DNA of 64,000 nucleotides from Lama glama (lineage: Eukaryota): positions 43,340,001 to 43,404,000 of the forward strand of contig CM052817.1 of assembly GCA_028534125.1 (NCBI GenBank), written 5' to 3'. Below are positions 1 to 12,489 of the stretch, piece by piece (position 1 is the first letter of the stretch; every line of letters starts with the position of its first letter). The notes under the pieces were generated by a model that saw nothing but the letters and a program-made list of their open reading frames with translations, had not been told where the DNA came from and searched no databases. The position numbers were made by a program, and so were the translations under genes.

Positions 1-81
1 GAGCACTTACTGCCCTCTTCAAGGGATGACACTTGGTGGCCTCTGTGATCTCAAAATACAACAAATAAGATAACCCAGACC

Positions 82-763
82 AAAAATGCTCAAGCTATTT
101 GGTCTCAGGACCCTTTACACACAGAAAAATCAAGGACCCGCAAAGCTTTTGTTTTATGTAGTTTATATCTTTCAATATTTACTGTATTAAAATTAACACT
201 GTAATTATAGTACAGTTAACAATTTTTAAATGAAAAAGTTATGTATTTACTAATTCATTTTAAAATAAAAGTGAGAAACTCATTACATGTTAACATAAGT
301 AGCGTATTTGTTAGTGAAAATGCCTATATTCACACCCACCTCCCCAAAAGAGAGCTAGCATTGTTTTACGTTTTTACAAATCTCTGGGAAAAGAACTAGC
401 TTCCCATAACTGCTTCTGTATTCAATCAGTTGTGAGATGCTGTTTTGACTGAAGTATATGACGAAAATCTGGCCTCACACAGCTGTGTAGCTGGAAGAGG
501 GAGACATGTTTGAATAACTTTTTCAGACAACTGTGAAGATTCTTTTTTGATATTAAATCAAAAATCACTGAGTTTTTAAAGATTAGGCACCATATGGAGG
601 CTGAATCCGTATCAATCAACCTTCATACTCACTGCACTCATGAGGGAATGAGTAGGAAAAAGGCAAGATCGTCATATTATGAAAGTAGTTTTAACCCTGT
701 GGACTCCCTGAAAGAATACTGGGGATATTCAGGGGTCTCTGGGCCACACTTTGAGAAACACTG
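82..763 (-). mobile_element. hAT-Charlie (Charlie1-type) non-autonomous DNA transposon relic
   Basis: Right end GGCCACACTTTGAGAAACACTG is the reverse complement of the Charlie1 terminus as I recall it. Left end TTTGGTCTCAGGACCCTTTACAC matches the other terminus. Confidence 0.75.
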
Positions 764-986
764 GCTTAGAATTTCCCCTTCCTGAAACATCACAGCTGCT
801 TGTCTTGCCAACCACCATAACCATCACGGTTGGTGGTACGTACTGGCGTTAAGTTGATACAAACAACAACAACGGAATCTGTAGAAAAGCATCAGGAGTG
901 CAGCTCTGTCTGCTTGAGGCAGAAGTCATAGCTGAGGGAGGGAATCTCCTGGTGTGGCCGCCCTTTAGCCCCGACGGTTAGCGTAC

Positions 987-1192
987 CAGCAGCAGGAATC
1001 TGTGTTTCAGGTGTCTGTTGGGCTGAATGCATCCGTACTGTGGCCCCTCATTGTAGATTGTCCCCGTGGGATCAAAGAAAGGCACGTAGCCATCCTTGCC
1101 AGTACAAAGGTAGACTTTCTCCAGTTGGAGTTTGTAGGCAGAATTAAGGTTTTGTTCCGGATTCCAAAGTACTCGGCCATAAAGGATTTGAC
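987..1192 (-). CDS. FRAS1: FRAS1 coding exon 25: GQILYGRVLWNPEQNLNSAYKLQLEKVYLC...HLKHRFLLL
   Basis: Acceptor CTTTTCAG|GT, donor CTG|GTACGC, 206 nt, phase 1 to 0; hand-translated. Confidence 0.95.
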
Positions 1193-1469
1193 CTGAAAAG
1201 ATTGCAAAACATTAATTAGGTCAGACTTTCAGATTAAAGAGGGGAAAAAAAAGTGTCAAGGATAGAAAGGATTTAACATGCTTCCTAACAGTCAAAAGTA
1301 CCTTTCTATGAAGAGCTGTGTGGTCCCCGAGCCCCTGAAATATACATTCATTGATTTAGCGCTTCTTTTAATCAGTAAGCATCAATGAAGTATTTAGGGT
1401 CCTCTGAGTGAGACGCAGCCAAGAGGGTAGAAATAAAAGCAAAGCAATTGCTAAAAATAGCTCACATTT

Positions 1470-1660
1470 GTGGAACTCATGCTATCACTTGGTGCTGTGC
1501 TAAGTTCTCCCCAAGTGCTCACAATTTTAGACACGAGGAAGTTGAGTGGTTAAGCGATTTGCTGAAGGTCACAAAGCTAGCAAGTGGTGAGGGTGGGACT
1601 CCACATCAAGGTACTTTGGCTCTAAAAGCCACACTATTAACCACCACGACACTCTGCTGT
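1470..1660 (-). mobile_element. MIR SINE fragment
   Basis: MIR core: GAGGAAGTTGAG..GGTTAAG.GATTTGC..AAGGTCACA.AGCTAG.AAGTGG. Confidence 0.65.
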
Positions 1661-2099
1661 TATGAATCACAACAGAGGAAGGTACATTACATTAAATAAG
1701 CCTAAGGCTGAGCATACAGATCTGCCTGGAGAGAGGTATGGAAAGGTTCAGAGGAGATGACATTTGAGCAGTATCCTGAAACATGAGTAGGCATTTGCCA
1801 GGTAGAGCCTTGAGGTGGGAGGGAGAGGCTGGGGAGAGCATGCTAGGCAAAAGCAAGTCTGTGTACAAAGTATGGACTGCTGGGAGGGCACCAGTCCTGG
1901 GGCAGCTGCTGCCCCTCAGTGCCTGCTGGGCCATCGGGTTCTTTACCTGTGGTGTCTTAATCCTCCCCAGAGCCCAAGAGATGGGTTCAATTATTACCCC
2001 TATTTTAAAGAACTTGTCCAGAGTTTCCTGTCTGTGGCACACGGGGAGGAGGCTTTGAGCACAAATCCATCTGACTCCAAATGCTCATTCAGAGCATTT

Positions 2100-2900
2100 A
2101 CTATAGCACTGAGGAGGCCAGTGTGATTGGAGCAGAGGATGTTTGGGGCTCTGGCAGGAGAGACTCCTGGGAAGACTGATCAGTGGTGCTGAGGATTCTG
2201 GATTGAGTATGGGGATAACAGGGAACACTGGAAGGTTTTAAACACCGGCGTAGTATCAACACCGGCGTAGTATCAACACACCTGGGCTTTAGAAGCATGG
2301 AGTAAAGACAAAGAGACCAGAGTCACAGGTAGGGAGCTATTTTAATGCTCTTTCAAGAAATATGTAACCAAATGATAGCAGTGAGTCAAGGGGATGAATT
2401 CAAGACATGTCTAGGAATTGGATTCCATTCATCTTAATAACAGGTAGGTGATGGTAGGCGAAGAAGTAGAGGATAGCCCTGAGGTCTTTGGCTGGGACCC
2501 TGGAGCTTGGTGATGCAGGCAGTGGGGCGGCAGAGGTGAAAGGAGCATGTTTGTAGGGAGATAAGTCCAGTTCTAGAAGTCTCCAGGTGTCCAGAACACG
2601 TCCACTTGGAGAGGTTTGGCAGTTTCAGATCCGCATGTGGAAGTGTGGAAATGAAGCTCAGGAGAGCTCTGGGGTGAGAAGAGGTTAATTTTTATGGAAC
2701 GGGTCTGCGGTAGGAGGAAGACAGAGAGTTTAGAGTAAAGGACTGAGCCAAGCCATGGGGGTGACCACTGTAGCACTGAAGTGAGAACAGGAGGGGCCAG
2801 GCATGGAACGTAGGGACAACATGGACAGGGCAGAGGACGGAGACCCAGGGCAGGAGAGGGAGATCTGGTCAGAGAGGCAAGATGGTGTCAGGTGAGGCTG
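2100..2900 (-). mobile_element. Degraded L2 LINE fragment(s)
   Basis: Purine-rich L2-like phrases (CACTGGAAGGTTTTAA, GAAGCTCAGGAGAG..CTGGG, GGACTGAGCC); boundaries approximate. Confidence 0.5.
2241..2279. repeat. Perfect 17-bp tandem duplication (AACACCGGCGTAGTATC x2.3)
   Basis: Units at 2241-2257 and 2258-2274 are identical. Confidence 0.95.
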
Positions 2901-3212
2901 GTGCAGAGGAAAACAAACAGGAAAAAAATGTCAGAATCCATGGGTTTGGCATATCGACAAGAAAGAATTCTGAGCCGTGGGAGGATAAACCCAGCCTGCA
3001 GCAGACGAACGAGATCTTATTTCGAAACAACTGGAAGGAAGAACATGGGTCTGTTCCTTGACTCATCCTTGGCTGCCCTGGAACCAACCTCAAGGGAATC
3101 TGCCTTGGAGAGGTGACTGAAAGCCAATGAGCAGAAAAGCTAGTCCAGGGACCTGCCAGAAAGCTTCTCAAGTCCCGCAGGGTCGCCTTCTGCAGGTGCC
3201 AGAATGACCTAC

Positions 3213-3379
3213 CTTTTGAGAAGGCCCCTTTGTAATCCATTTCTGCCAGTGACATATCCGACGTGCTGGGGTCCATCAGGAACACCTTCTCATTGTTGCA
3301 GAGCTGAAATTCAGTATTGAGCGAATACACCACTGGTACAGGGCGGTTGGTCTGCTGGAATGCTATGGGTATCAGGAAT
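3213..3379 (-). CDS. FRAS1: FRAS1 coding exon 24: FLIPIAFQQTNRPVPVVYSLNTEF...DYKGAFSK
   Basis: Acceptor CATTTAG|A, donor AAG|GTAGGT, 167 nt, phase 2 to 1. Confidence 0.96.
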
Positions 3380-5954
3380 CTAAATGTGGGAAAAACGAAA
3401 GCCCTTGAGAGCAGGGTGGGCTTCATATCTGCCATTTGCGCTGCCCTCCCATGCCCACCCTTCTCAGGATGGTGAACAGCACTCTGTTGTACGGGCTAAA
3501 TATTTACTAAAAAATATGAAAGAGATGTGTGCAGGGGAGAAACTTTATTTAGTTCAGGTCCTTATGAGGTTAATCTGCCCTTTTGAGCGAGAATAATCTA
3601 ATTCACCTTTAGACTCTTCAACACTCTTTGCTTTTCCTGGCCTTTTCATTCTGAAAAGCCCTGGGGACGGATTTGAGATTAGTGGTAATGAATTTACAGT
3701 TTCCTGACTTTGACCTTGTTGGAGATTCTGCAGGAACACTCCCTCCTCCTCTGCCACCATCCTTGGCTTTGTGAAAAGTAAGTAATAACTCTTACCTATT
3801 TCTCAGGTCTTGACTCAAACGCCACTTTCTCTGGAAGCTTACCTTCTTCCTCTTCCCTTCCAGGCTCGGTCAGATCCCTCATAATTTGTTCTCATTACAC
3901 TGTGCACCTTTCTTTCACAGTCCTTATTGTGGTTTGCTATTCTATTTAAATGTGTGATGCGAGTCTGCTTCCCCTATTACGGGTTCCACAGAGCCACAGT
4001 CTAGATCTGTCTGCTCACCACTGTGCCTTTGATGCTAGCCAAGCTCCCAGCACACACATTTGGCAAAGAATAACGCACGAGTGATCATTTCAATGCTTTA
4101 CTCTCCCCGTTGAGTCCACCTGACCCCTCCTTACTTTTAAGTGAAGGTGCTCCAGGGGGCAGTTTTGAGAGGGTTAAGGTGTAGGAGGAACTTGGGGTGC
4201 AGGAGAAACGCCCACAAACCAGGGCTGACCCCGCTTCAACAGCTTCCAAAGGACCATCGATTGTACCAAGAGTTCACGTATCTGACTCAGGGAAGTAGGT
4301 TTTCCCTGTTGATGTTGGTATCACCAGCATCCACAGAGGGCCAGGCCATAAGACACTCGATACATACTCATCGACTAAAGAGAATGAATAATGGATTTGA
4401 GATGATGACGACGAGGATGATGATGATTTATAAGGTTATAATGTATGACCAACCTCACAAAAACAGGCATAATAGGAAACACAATTCTTTGAATGAAGTC
4501 TGAATTTCCTGACTCAGTCTTTGATTATTTTTTGTGTTGTAGTTCTATTGCCTCCATATGGAACCATATTAAAACATACGGAGATGATCAAAAGCAAAGT
4601 TAGGCCCAAGGGGGGAAAGTTACCCTGGGAATAATGGGGAATCTGCCAGTAAGGACCTCCCTGATGTGAGGCAAGGACATCCAACCCTGAGGCCTCCGGA
4701 TGCTCAACAATACTCTCCTCCCTGCAGACGCCCACACTCACAGCACTGGGACTGAAGAGGGGGTTAATGTCTTTTTCACTCCCTTTTGCCATTTCAACCA
4801 TTGTTCCTCTCCTCTTAAAAAAAAAAAAAAATCCAGCATCTGCCCTGGAGGAACTCCTCTCACACATGTAACTAAGAGGCACATATAGTGTTCTTTGTAA
4901 TCGAGTCTGGGATCAGACACATTGTGGACTATGACTACGACGTCTCCTGTGAAGACTCCCTTAATGCAGCGAAAAACAACCTGCAGACACATGAGTCAAC
5001 AGGAGTGTTGATTTCACTTGTGAATCAACAAGCGATTCACTGAGGAAAAAGGAAAGCTGCAGAGAGAATTCACGCAGTGAGGAATTTTCATATAAAGTTC
5101 AGAAACATGCAAAACCATGTAGAAGTAAATACGAGCTGAACCATAAACCAAAACAAGGGATGATGAAGAGAAGCATCAGGTTAGTGGTGACCCTAGTGGG
5201 CAGCTGGGGGGAGTATGGTGAAAGGGGCACCGAGGGTATTTAAAAGATACTGGCAATGTTCTATTTCTTTTTCCCCCTTGACTCCCAGTTTCATTAGTTA
5301 TAAAATGGAGACAACAGTACCAGTCTTGTGGGGAATCACTGTAATGAGAACCAAATGTTGGGAGCTTATTAGCACAGAGCCCGCCACCTAGCCTGCACCC
5401 CATACACGGTCACTAGTAACACTGGTAGCTATTATGACTCACTTTATCACCAGTATCACAGCCCGAGGGATACCCAACTCATTGCAGTTACAATTCATAT
5501 TAAGTAATGTTCTATTTCTTGAAGTTTTCTATATCCACTATATATGGTCCTCTGAATATTTAAAATATTTCATAATTTTAAAAATCTATTACACCATAAA
5601 ATTCCCCAGAATATCTCTTCAGACTATCTGTTCTTCCTTACTGCAGCCAGCTACCACTGTCCTGGTCACCGTCCCTCTCACCTTTGGCTGACTACGCTCT
5701 CAAGCATGGCTCCTGCCATCCGCATGGATGAACCATCTAAAACCCAGACTCTCAGTTCCTTGACATCTTCACCTCCAAAGAGTGTGCTCTGCCCACCACT
5801 TCTCCGTCTGACTAGGTGCCACCTCCAAAAAAACTCATTTTCATACACTTCACTCTCTAAGCACCATCTCCTACCTTTCCAGTTCACCTCTTCTTTTACT
5901 CCCGCTCATTAATTCTTCAACCACACCAGGCCCTCCCTGGCCACGTTTACCAGG

Positions 5955-6620
5955 ATGCAGAGAACCTGGGACATGGACACACTCATGGTGGGAATGGAAA
6001 CACCCAGTTACACATTTACAAACACTTTGGAAAACTTCTTAAGAAGTTAAATGCACATCTACTCTACGATCCAGCCACTTCATTCCTAGGTATTTACACA
6101 AGAACACAGAAAGCACGTGTCAGGATAAAGACTTGACTATGCATGTTCATAGCAGCTTTATTTACCACAGCCCAAACTGGAAAGAACCCAAATGTCCATC
6201 AGCTGATCAATTTGATAAACAACCGGTAGCGTGTCCCCACCATGGGATAAACTCAGCAATAACAGGAAAAAAACTACCGGTACACACAACACCACGAAGG
6301 ACTCAAAATAACCATGTTGAGCAAAAGAAGTCAGTGAAAAAGAATGCGTACTGTATGGTGGGGGCCGCTTATGTACATTACTAGAAATGCTAACTAATCT
6401 GCAGTGATGGAAAGATCAGAGGACATCCTGGAGAAGCGTGGGGCGGGATGGGTGGGAGGTATACAGCAAAGGGTCGTGAAGAAACTTTTGAAGGAAATGG
6501 ATACATTCACTGTCTTAACTGTGGTGATGTTACACAAGTGTACGCATCTGTCAAAACTGATCAGACTGTATCGACTTTAAATGTGTGCTCTATATCTTAC
6601 ATCAATCATCAGTAATTTAA
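5955..6620 (+). mobile_element. Old L1 (L1M) 3' fragment: ORF2 end and 3'UTR
   Basis: GATCCAGC..TTCCTAGGTATTTAC, ATGTTCATAGCAGCTTTATT, AAACTGGAAAGAACCCAAATGTCCATCA. Confidence 0.8.
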
Positions 6621-6639
6621 AAACAGCTCAGCTGGGCCC

Positions 6640-7320
6640 TGGGCGCCGCCTGGTCTCTCGTCTGTGACTCTCTGGCCTACCTGCTTCCCACTCTCCGTGA
6701 TGCCTCTGCTTGCCTTCCTCCTCTCTTCTCAAACCTCACTGCTCCTCACTTCCAGCTAATGCTTGGCTTCTCATTTCATGGAGGAAACAGACGCAGTTGC
6801 GTGTCTCCTCTGCCATCCTTACCCTCCCAGTCTCCTAATTCTCCCTTCCTCTGCATGTGTGCTCTGCGTCCTCCTTCCGCCTTCAGTGGATGAACTCTCT
6901 GCCTCCTGCTCGGGCTGGCCCTTCCCCTCCCGTCCCAGCCGGCCCTGCCCTACTCAAGGACTTGGCTCTGCCGATTTTCCCTCTGTCTTCTGCATTATCA
7001 AATGTCCCCTACTAGACCAACAGGTTATTCCCACCAGCATACAAACATCCTAAAATATTTTGCACCCTAACACACAAACAAATAAAACCTCCTTTGACCC
7101 TTCGTCTGTTTCCTGCTAGTGCCCCTCTCCTCTGACATCCTTTATAACAAAGCTCCAAAAGCACTGTCTTTCCCTGTTATCTCCAATTTTTTTCATCTCC
7201 CTCTTGAATCCCCTCTAATCGGGCTTTATCTGGCTCTGTCCACTGAACCTGTCCTTTGTCAAGATCACCAGTGACTTCTATGTCACCAAATCTAGTGGCC
7301 AAGTCTTAGACTCTTAATTT
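6640..7320 (+). mobile_element. L2 LINE fragment
   Basis: Pyrimidine-rich; TGTCAAGATCACCAGTGACTTCTATGTCACCAAATC is an L2 hallmark. Confidence 0.6.
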
Positions 7321-7595
7321 GAAAGTCACATCCCAAATGGACCTCTCTTAATGACAATGTCGGAGTCTGCCTTCAGCATCTTCTCCCAGAAATGTTTTCT
7401 ATTCACTTTGCTCAGCTCCTAGAAAGGTGGCACTAGACTACAAGCTTGAGAGCAGAGGTTACTTTTCATCCTCTGCTACAGTCTCCGTGCCAGGGACGCG
7501 AAGTGCATGACAAGAGCTGAGGAAGTGCTGGCTGACAAACGGACATCGGCACAGCGTGGACAGTCTCAGGCCAGAGGTGGGTGTGGGCTGACGGA

Positions 7596-8138
7596 CAGTC
7601 GGCTCTTGTTGTTTGGGGTCGTTATGTTCTACAAGGTCGCGCTGAAAGCTGAATCAGTGAATCTTGAACTGCTGCTCCTGGGGAAATACAGGGTAGCGTT
7701 CCTACAGGTGCTGGTCACACCTTTTTCATCCTGTTTCACGTGTGTTTCTGTTCAAAGACAACTTACTTCATACGGACTGTTGATTCACTGACAGGGAGCT
7801 CACAGCAACGGCACTCAAATCCAAGCCGGGAGGAAGCTTACCTAACGCTCCATCGGGCTCATCGCTGGCTTCTTGTACTTAGGCCACTGGGAGCCATTTT
7901 AAACAGTGAAATCGACAAAAAGCACAAAACTTTGGAAAACATGGCACTGAACAGACCGTGAAAAGGACACCTGCTCGCAGTACGGGAAGGCAGCATGCCT
8001 TGCTCGACCTGAGCCGGGAATGAACACTTCGTCACTCTGCATGTCCGCGAGTGACCGGACAGCGTCCCGAAACTTGGCTTTGGGGTTACAAACGAACATT
8101 AGCGAGCAGCTAAGTCCACAAATAATGACGATCAGTCG
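7596..8138 (+). mobile_element. MER82-like (TcMar-Tigger) DNA transposon, near full length
   Basis: GTTATGTTCTACAAGGTCGC..CTGAATCAGTGAAT..CTCCTGGGGAAATACAGGGT near the 5' end and AATAATGACGATCAG at the 3' end match the MER82 consensus as I recall it. Confidence 0.7.
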
Positions 8139-8149
8139 TGTCTCCCTAC

Positions 8150-8266
8150 CTTTCCGGGGCGTGTGCGGTGCAGGCCAAAGGCTTCTCTCCCGGGTCAGCC
8201 CAGGGCTGTGTGGGCTGCACGGTGCAAGGGATCAGGTAGATGGTGTACTCCCCCGAGTAGTCCTTC
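8150..8266 (-). CDS. FRAS1: FRAS1 coding exon 23: KDYSGEYTIYLIPCTVQPTQPWADPGEKPLACTAHAPE(R)
   Basis: Acceptor TCTCCAG|G, donor AAG|GTAGGG, 117 nt, phase 2 to 2; hand-translated. Confidence 0.95.
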
Positions 8267-9699
8267 CTGGAGACATGCAGAGCAGACCGTGGTTACAGGG
8301 GACGATCTGCAGGTTGTTTACTTACCCAGAAACACACGGACTTCATTGCACAGTTTTCAGGTGATATTTGTGCTCAGCATCTAAGAACCTCACGAGTCTG
8401 CAAACACAATTTTCAGGAATTCATCACTGATTGTTCTCACCTTCAGAGTATTCTCCAGAGGTGCTAAATAGAGCCACTCTCATTTATTCAAGGGCTTTTC
8501 ATGGGAAATGCTGAGAAAGGCACACTGTTTATAAAAATCTAAAAGGCTCCGGCGAAGACAAAACAGGACTGGCCACTTCCTTGAGATTTCCATGAAACTT
8601 ACCTGACAATTTCTTTTTAGTGTTTCCCGTGGACTGACACCCTGCTACACGTTCCCAACTGCAAAAGCTTTTATTCATTGCGATGTGACCACGCCAGCTG
8701 CTGCTGCTCTGACTGAGGAGGCAGCAAGTGTCTCAGGGTTAAATGACCCCACTCCAGAGAACCCCCCAACCACCCCCATTCATTAGCATTCAGCTTCAGG
8801 GCTCCTCCCCCAAACTCGACAGCCTCATCTCTTTACCGAAGCTGAAGAACACTGTCACCTCTCATCGGGGATGACCTGCTGGGAATTTCTGTGTGTCTGG
8901 GGGGAGGGGGGCACAGGATTCTGCAGGTCATGACCCTGACAGCGTGGCGCCTCTGTAGCCCTCACCTACTTCATTTCCCACACTTGTCATCCAGTAGCAG
9001 CTCAGCACTGGCAGAGTGCCTGGAAGGCAGCCAGACACCCAGAAGTTTCAGGAAGATTCTTTAAGAGCCTTGGGAGGCTGCCATCCATTGAATGAGGAGT
9101 GAAGGGGCATGAATCTTAATCATAACTACTGTGATCTGTGAACAGTTCTCACACCCTCCGTGTTCGTTCTTTGATCGTTTCTTTTGTATTATCTGTGTCT
9201 GTTTATTAGTAAAGTGATAGCAGAGATTTGGTTAAAAAATAATAATAGAACTTTAGGACATGGCTGCCTGGGCTCAGTTTAGTGGACTGGCACAGGCTGG
9301 GAACCGGCAGACAGTCTAACTCTGCCCTAGCTTTGCCTCTGCCATGGCTGTATGATTTTAGACAAATCACGCAAACTTTCAAGGCTTAATTTCTAAGCCC
9401 CTCATGCCCTGAAAGTTTGTATGTTTGCATGTCTGCATGTGTTCAGTTTTCCCCCATGGTCCTTCTCTTCCTCCAGAGCTTGGCCAGCAGGAAATGAGAC
9501 CTCGTACACATTTGAAAACATGAAAATTGACCCATATAATGGGAACTGTAGCTCTTAATTAATCGAAATACTTCATTAGGCAGAACTGTCCATGCCTGAC
9601 CCTTGCTTTCAAAAAGTCAGGCCAGGTCACGTTGCCCAAACCCCGGGAGGCTCCTGCTGCAGGAGAGCCAGTGACAAAGTCCACACGCTGGCGGCCCAG

Positions 9700-10150
9700 C
9701 CCCATCACCTTGCTCCTCTGACCTTCCCGCCTATTCCCCTCCTCCCTGTTCTCTCCACTCTGGCCACACCAGCCTCCTCACTGTCCCCCAGCATGCCAGG
9801 ATGCTGGCACCCCAGGAACCTTGCGGGGAACCTCTTCCCCAGATACTCTGCCTAGGGCACTCCCTCACCTCCTTCAGGTCTTTGCTCAAATGTACCTTCT
9901 TACTGAGGCCTACTCGGAACATGCTAATTAACATCACACCGCCACCCGCTCCTGATGCCCCTTCCCTGCCCACTACCTTTCATTCTTCCATAGCTCTCAT
10001 CACCTTCTAACATGTGGGACTGCACTCATTCATTACGTCCACCTCTGCTGGCAGGGATCTTTACTTTGTCCACCGATGTATTCCAAGTGCCCAGAACCTT
10101 CCCTGACACATAGCAAAAGCTCAATAACTATCTGTTGGACAAATGAATGC
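9700..10150 (+). mobile_element. L2 3' end
   Basis: CACTCTGGCCACACCAGCCTCCT, TCCTTCAGGTCTTTGCTCAAATGT, terminal CTCAATAACTATCTGTTGGACAAATGAATG. Confidence 0.75.
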
Positions 10151-11329
10151 AGGACAAATGGTGTGGTCTCCTAAGGCTGAGTCCTACTTTTCTCCGAGTC
10201 CCTAAACAGGAGTTGGGGTGATGGATGCAGTTCTGGATGCAGGCTTTTAATCCTGCAGTTTTTCTCCCCTCCTTTCTGAAAACTAGACATTTCCCACATC
10301 ACATCGTGGAGTACCAGTTGCCCTGTCTCCCCGAGAAGCCTTGGACAGCTCCCCAGCTCACGTTGGGCGGTCCTCCCTGAGCAGCTACTGTCTCTGCGTT
10401 CTGCACGCTATCGCTCACAGCGCACACAGCACAGAGCACTTGGTGCTGTTTTGCACTTTGCCATTTATCTGTGTATTTTACCTCCTTAACACAAATGTTA
10501 GCTCCTAAAGGATGTTTATTCAGCACCAACCAGGTGCTAAAACCTGCAGCCCTGGGGATTGAAGATCATGCCTTTTACCCCTGGGAAGCTCACAATCTAG
10601 TGGAAAACGGGACTCTACTTAGAGCATTATAATACACTGAGCCGCGCTACAGTAGAAGCTGGAACAATGTAGGAGCAAGGAAGAGATGCCCCCAGCACTG
10701 CATGGGAAGTCAGGGAAGGTGTCAGAGGGGTCAGTATTTGAGCTGGAGCTCAGAGGAGTTTCAGTTTTGCAAGAGGAAAGGAGCAGCAAGGGCAGAGGGA
10801 ATTGCAAAAGTACAGAGGTGTGGATGGGCTGGTGGATTCAGGGGTTGGTGAGGTATGTAATGTGGTGAGAAGGCTGGGTTTGACATGAGGCCAGTGGGGA
10901 GGCATGGGTCTTGTTCAAAGAGCTGGACTTCATTTGGTAGGTGGTGGGGAATCAGCAGAGGATTTAAAGAGGAGAGTTTATCCACCTAAAAATTGGGACA
11001 AGTACATGAACAATATCATGAGGTGCTAGGAAACATAGCCCTTAGAGGTTATTTTATTATATATTGATTTCAAAGGAATCATTATGTACAAAAAATACCT
11101 GCTATAAGACCAAAAATTTATAATTAAAAATATTTTTGAAAATGATTCTAAGACAATCTGCTACTTCTTAACTGTAAAACTGGAATAAGATTTTCATGCT
11201 AAATATAGACCTTAATTTCACGATCTACTAAATGAGGATAACAACATTCATGAAAGACTCCATTATCCTTTTCACAGTAAAAGTTTTCATTTTGTTTGCC
11301 CTAGTCTTCTCTTTTACAAATGGGATATT

Positions 11330-11610
11330 TTACTGTATTTATCCCATTCCCATTCTACCTCCATGTTGGGTGTGGACAAGGAATAAGTCTTGTTATTTAT
11401 TTTATAGGACATTGGACCATAAGGGGTCACATCTGGACCTGATGACCAGAGATTCTGGATTTTGCACTGGCTGTGGTAGTTGGAATGAAATTTCTTTACT
11501 GTACTACAGTTTTAGTTGGACACGCTTCCCAGCTTCCTTTGCAGGTGGCTGTGCCATGTGACTAAGTTCTAGCCAATGGGACGTGAGTGAAAGTGACGTG
11601 CACTCTCCCC
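11330..11610 (+). mobile_element. Old ERVL/MaLR LTR fragments (LTR16-like, then MLT1-like)
   Basis: CACATCTGGACCTGATG..AGATTCTGGA; TTCCCAGCTTCCTTTGCAG..GCCATGTGACTAAGTTCTAGCCAATGGGA. Confidence 0.5.
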
Positions 11611-11808
11611 TTTCTCGCCCTCGGGATAAGGGTGAGCACTTCCTGTTTTACACATCGGAAGCTGATCTCAGCTCCATCTGTTTCTCTATTTGCCAGGGAG
11701 TTGTTTCTGTCCATCTCCCTTTTAAGATAGAAACCCAGCTTTTGAAGAAAAGCCCTTCAAGAAACTGAAACATTTCAGATTTACCCCTGAACTCCATCCT
11801 GTATTCAC

Positions 11809-11968
11809 CTGTTATATGAGCTTGTGGCTCTCCAGAGCTGATAGGGAGAATCAAAAGTCTGAGCACTCCAGAGCAGCTGCAGGTCAAATTCAATTCCACC
11901 GAGGTGGTCTGGAGTCAGTATGAATGACTTCACATCAGGAAGGGTGTGGTGCTCCATCACAAATTGTC
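11809..11968 (-). CDS. FRAS1: FRAS1 coding exon 22: GQFVMEHHTLPDVKSF...WRATSSYN(R)
   Basis: Acceptor GAAACAG|GA, donor CAG|GTGAAT, 160 nt, phase 1 to 2. Confidence 0.96.
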
Positions 11969-12489
11969 CTGTTTCAAGGGGACACACACACACACTTACT
12001 CATGAGCTTTATTGTACTTGTGGTGAATCCCCTACAAAAGCTTTAGAACTGAATGAATATTCTTCTATAAAACAACTCAGGTTATATCTGCCCCTCCCCC
12101 TTAGAATATATTCCACTCTGGATGGGAGGGCATGGCTTCTCACCCCAGCCCATCAGCCTACTCCCGACGGCCATTATGGTCATGTCTATATTTACAAACA
12201 GTACTAATGAGTCTTGTAGAAATGGTGCTAATGAGCATATTCACAGTAATAGGAGTCCTTATGCGACAGTGAACACTGAACACAGAACACACTCGGCTAT
12301 GAATTCCAACCAATATGTTTCTTGGAGGTAGAAAGATCTCAGTAGTTTATAAATACAAGTATCAACCAGATTAAAAAAAAAATCTCATTTAGGGCCATTC
12401 AAATCCTTGGTGGAAGGAAGCAATTGCAAACATCATTAAAAAGGCAAGGGTTACTCAGCAAGACACCGCCACTCTTTAAAACTACAGTA

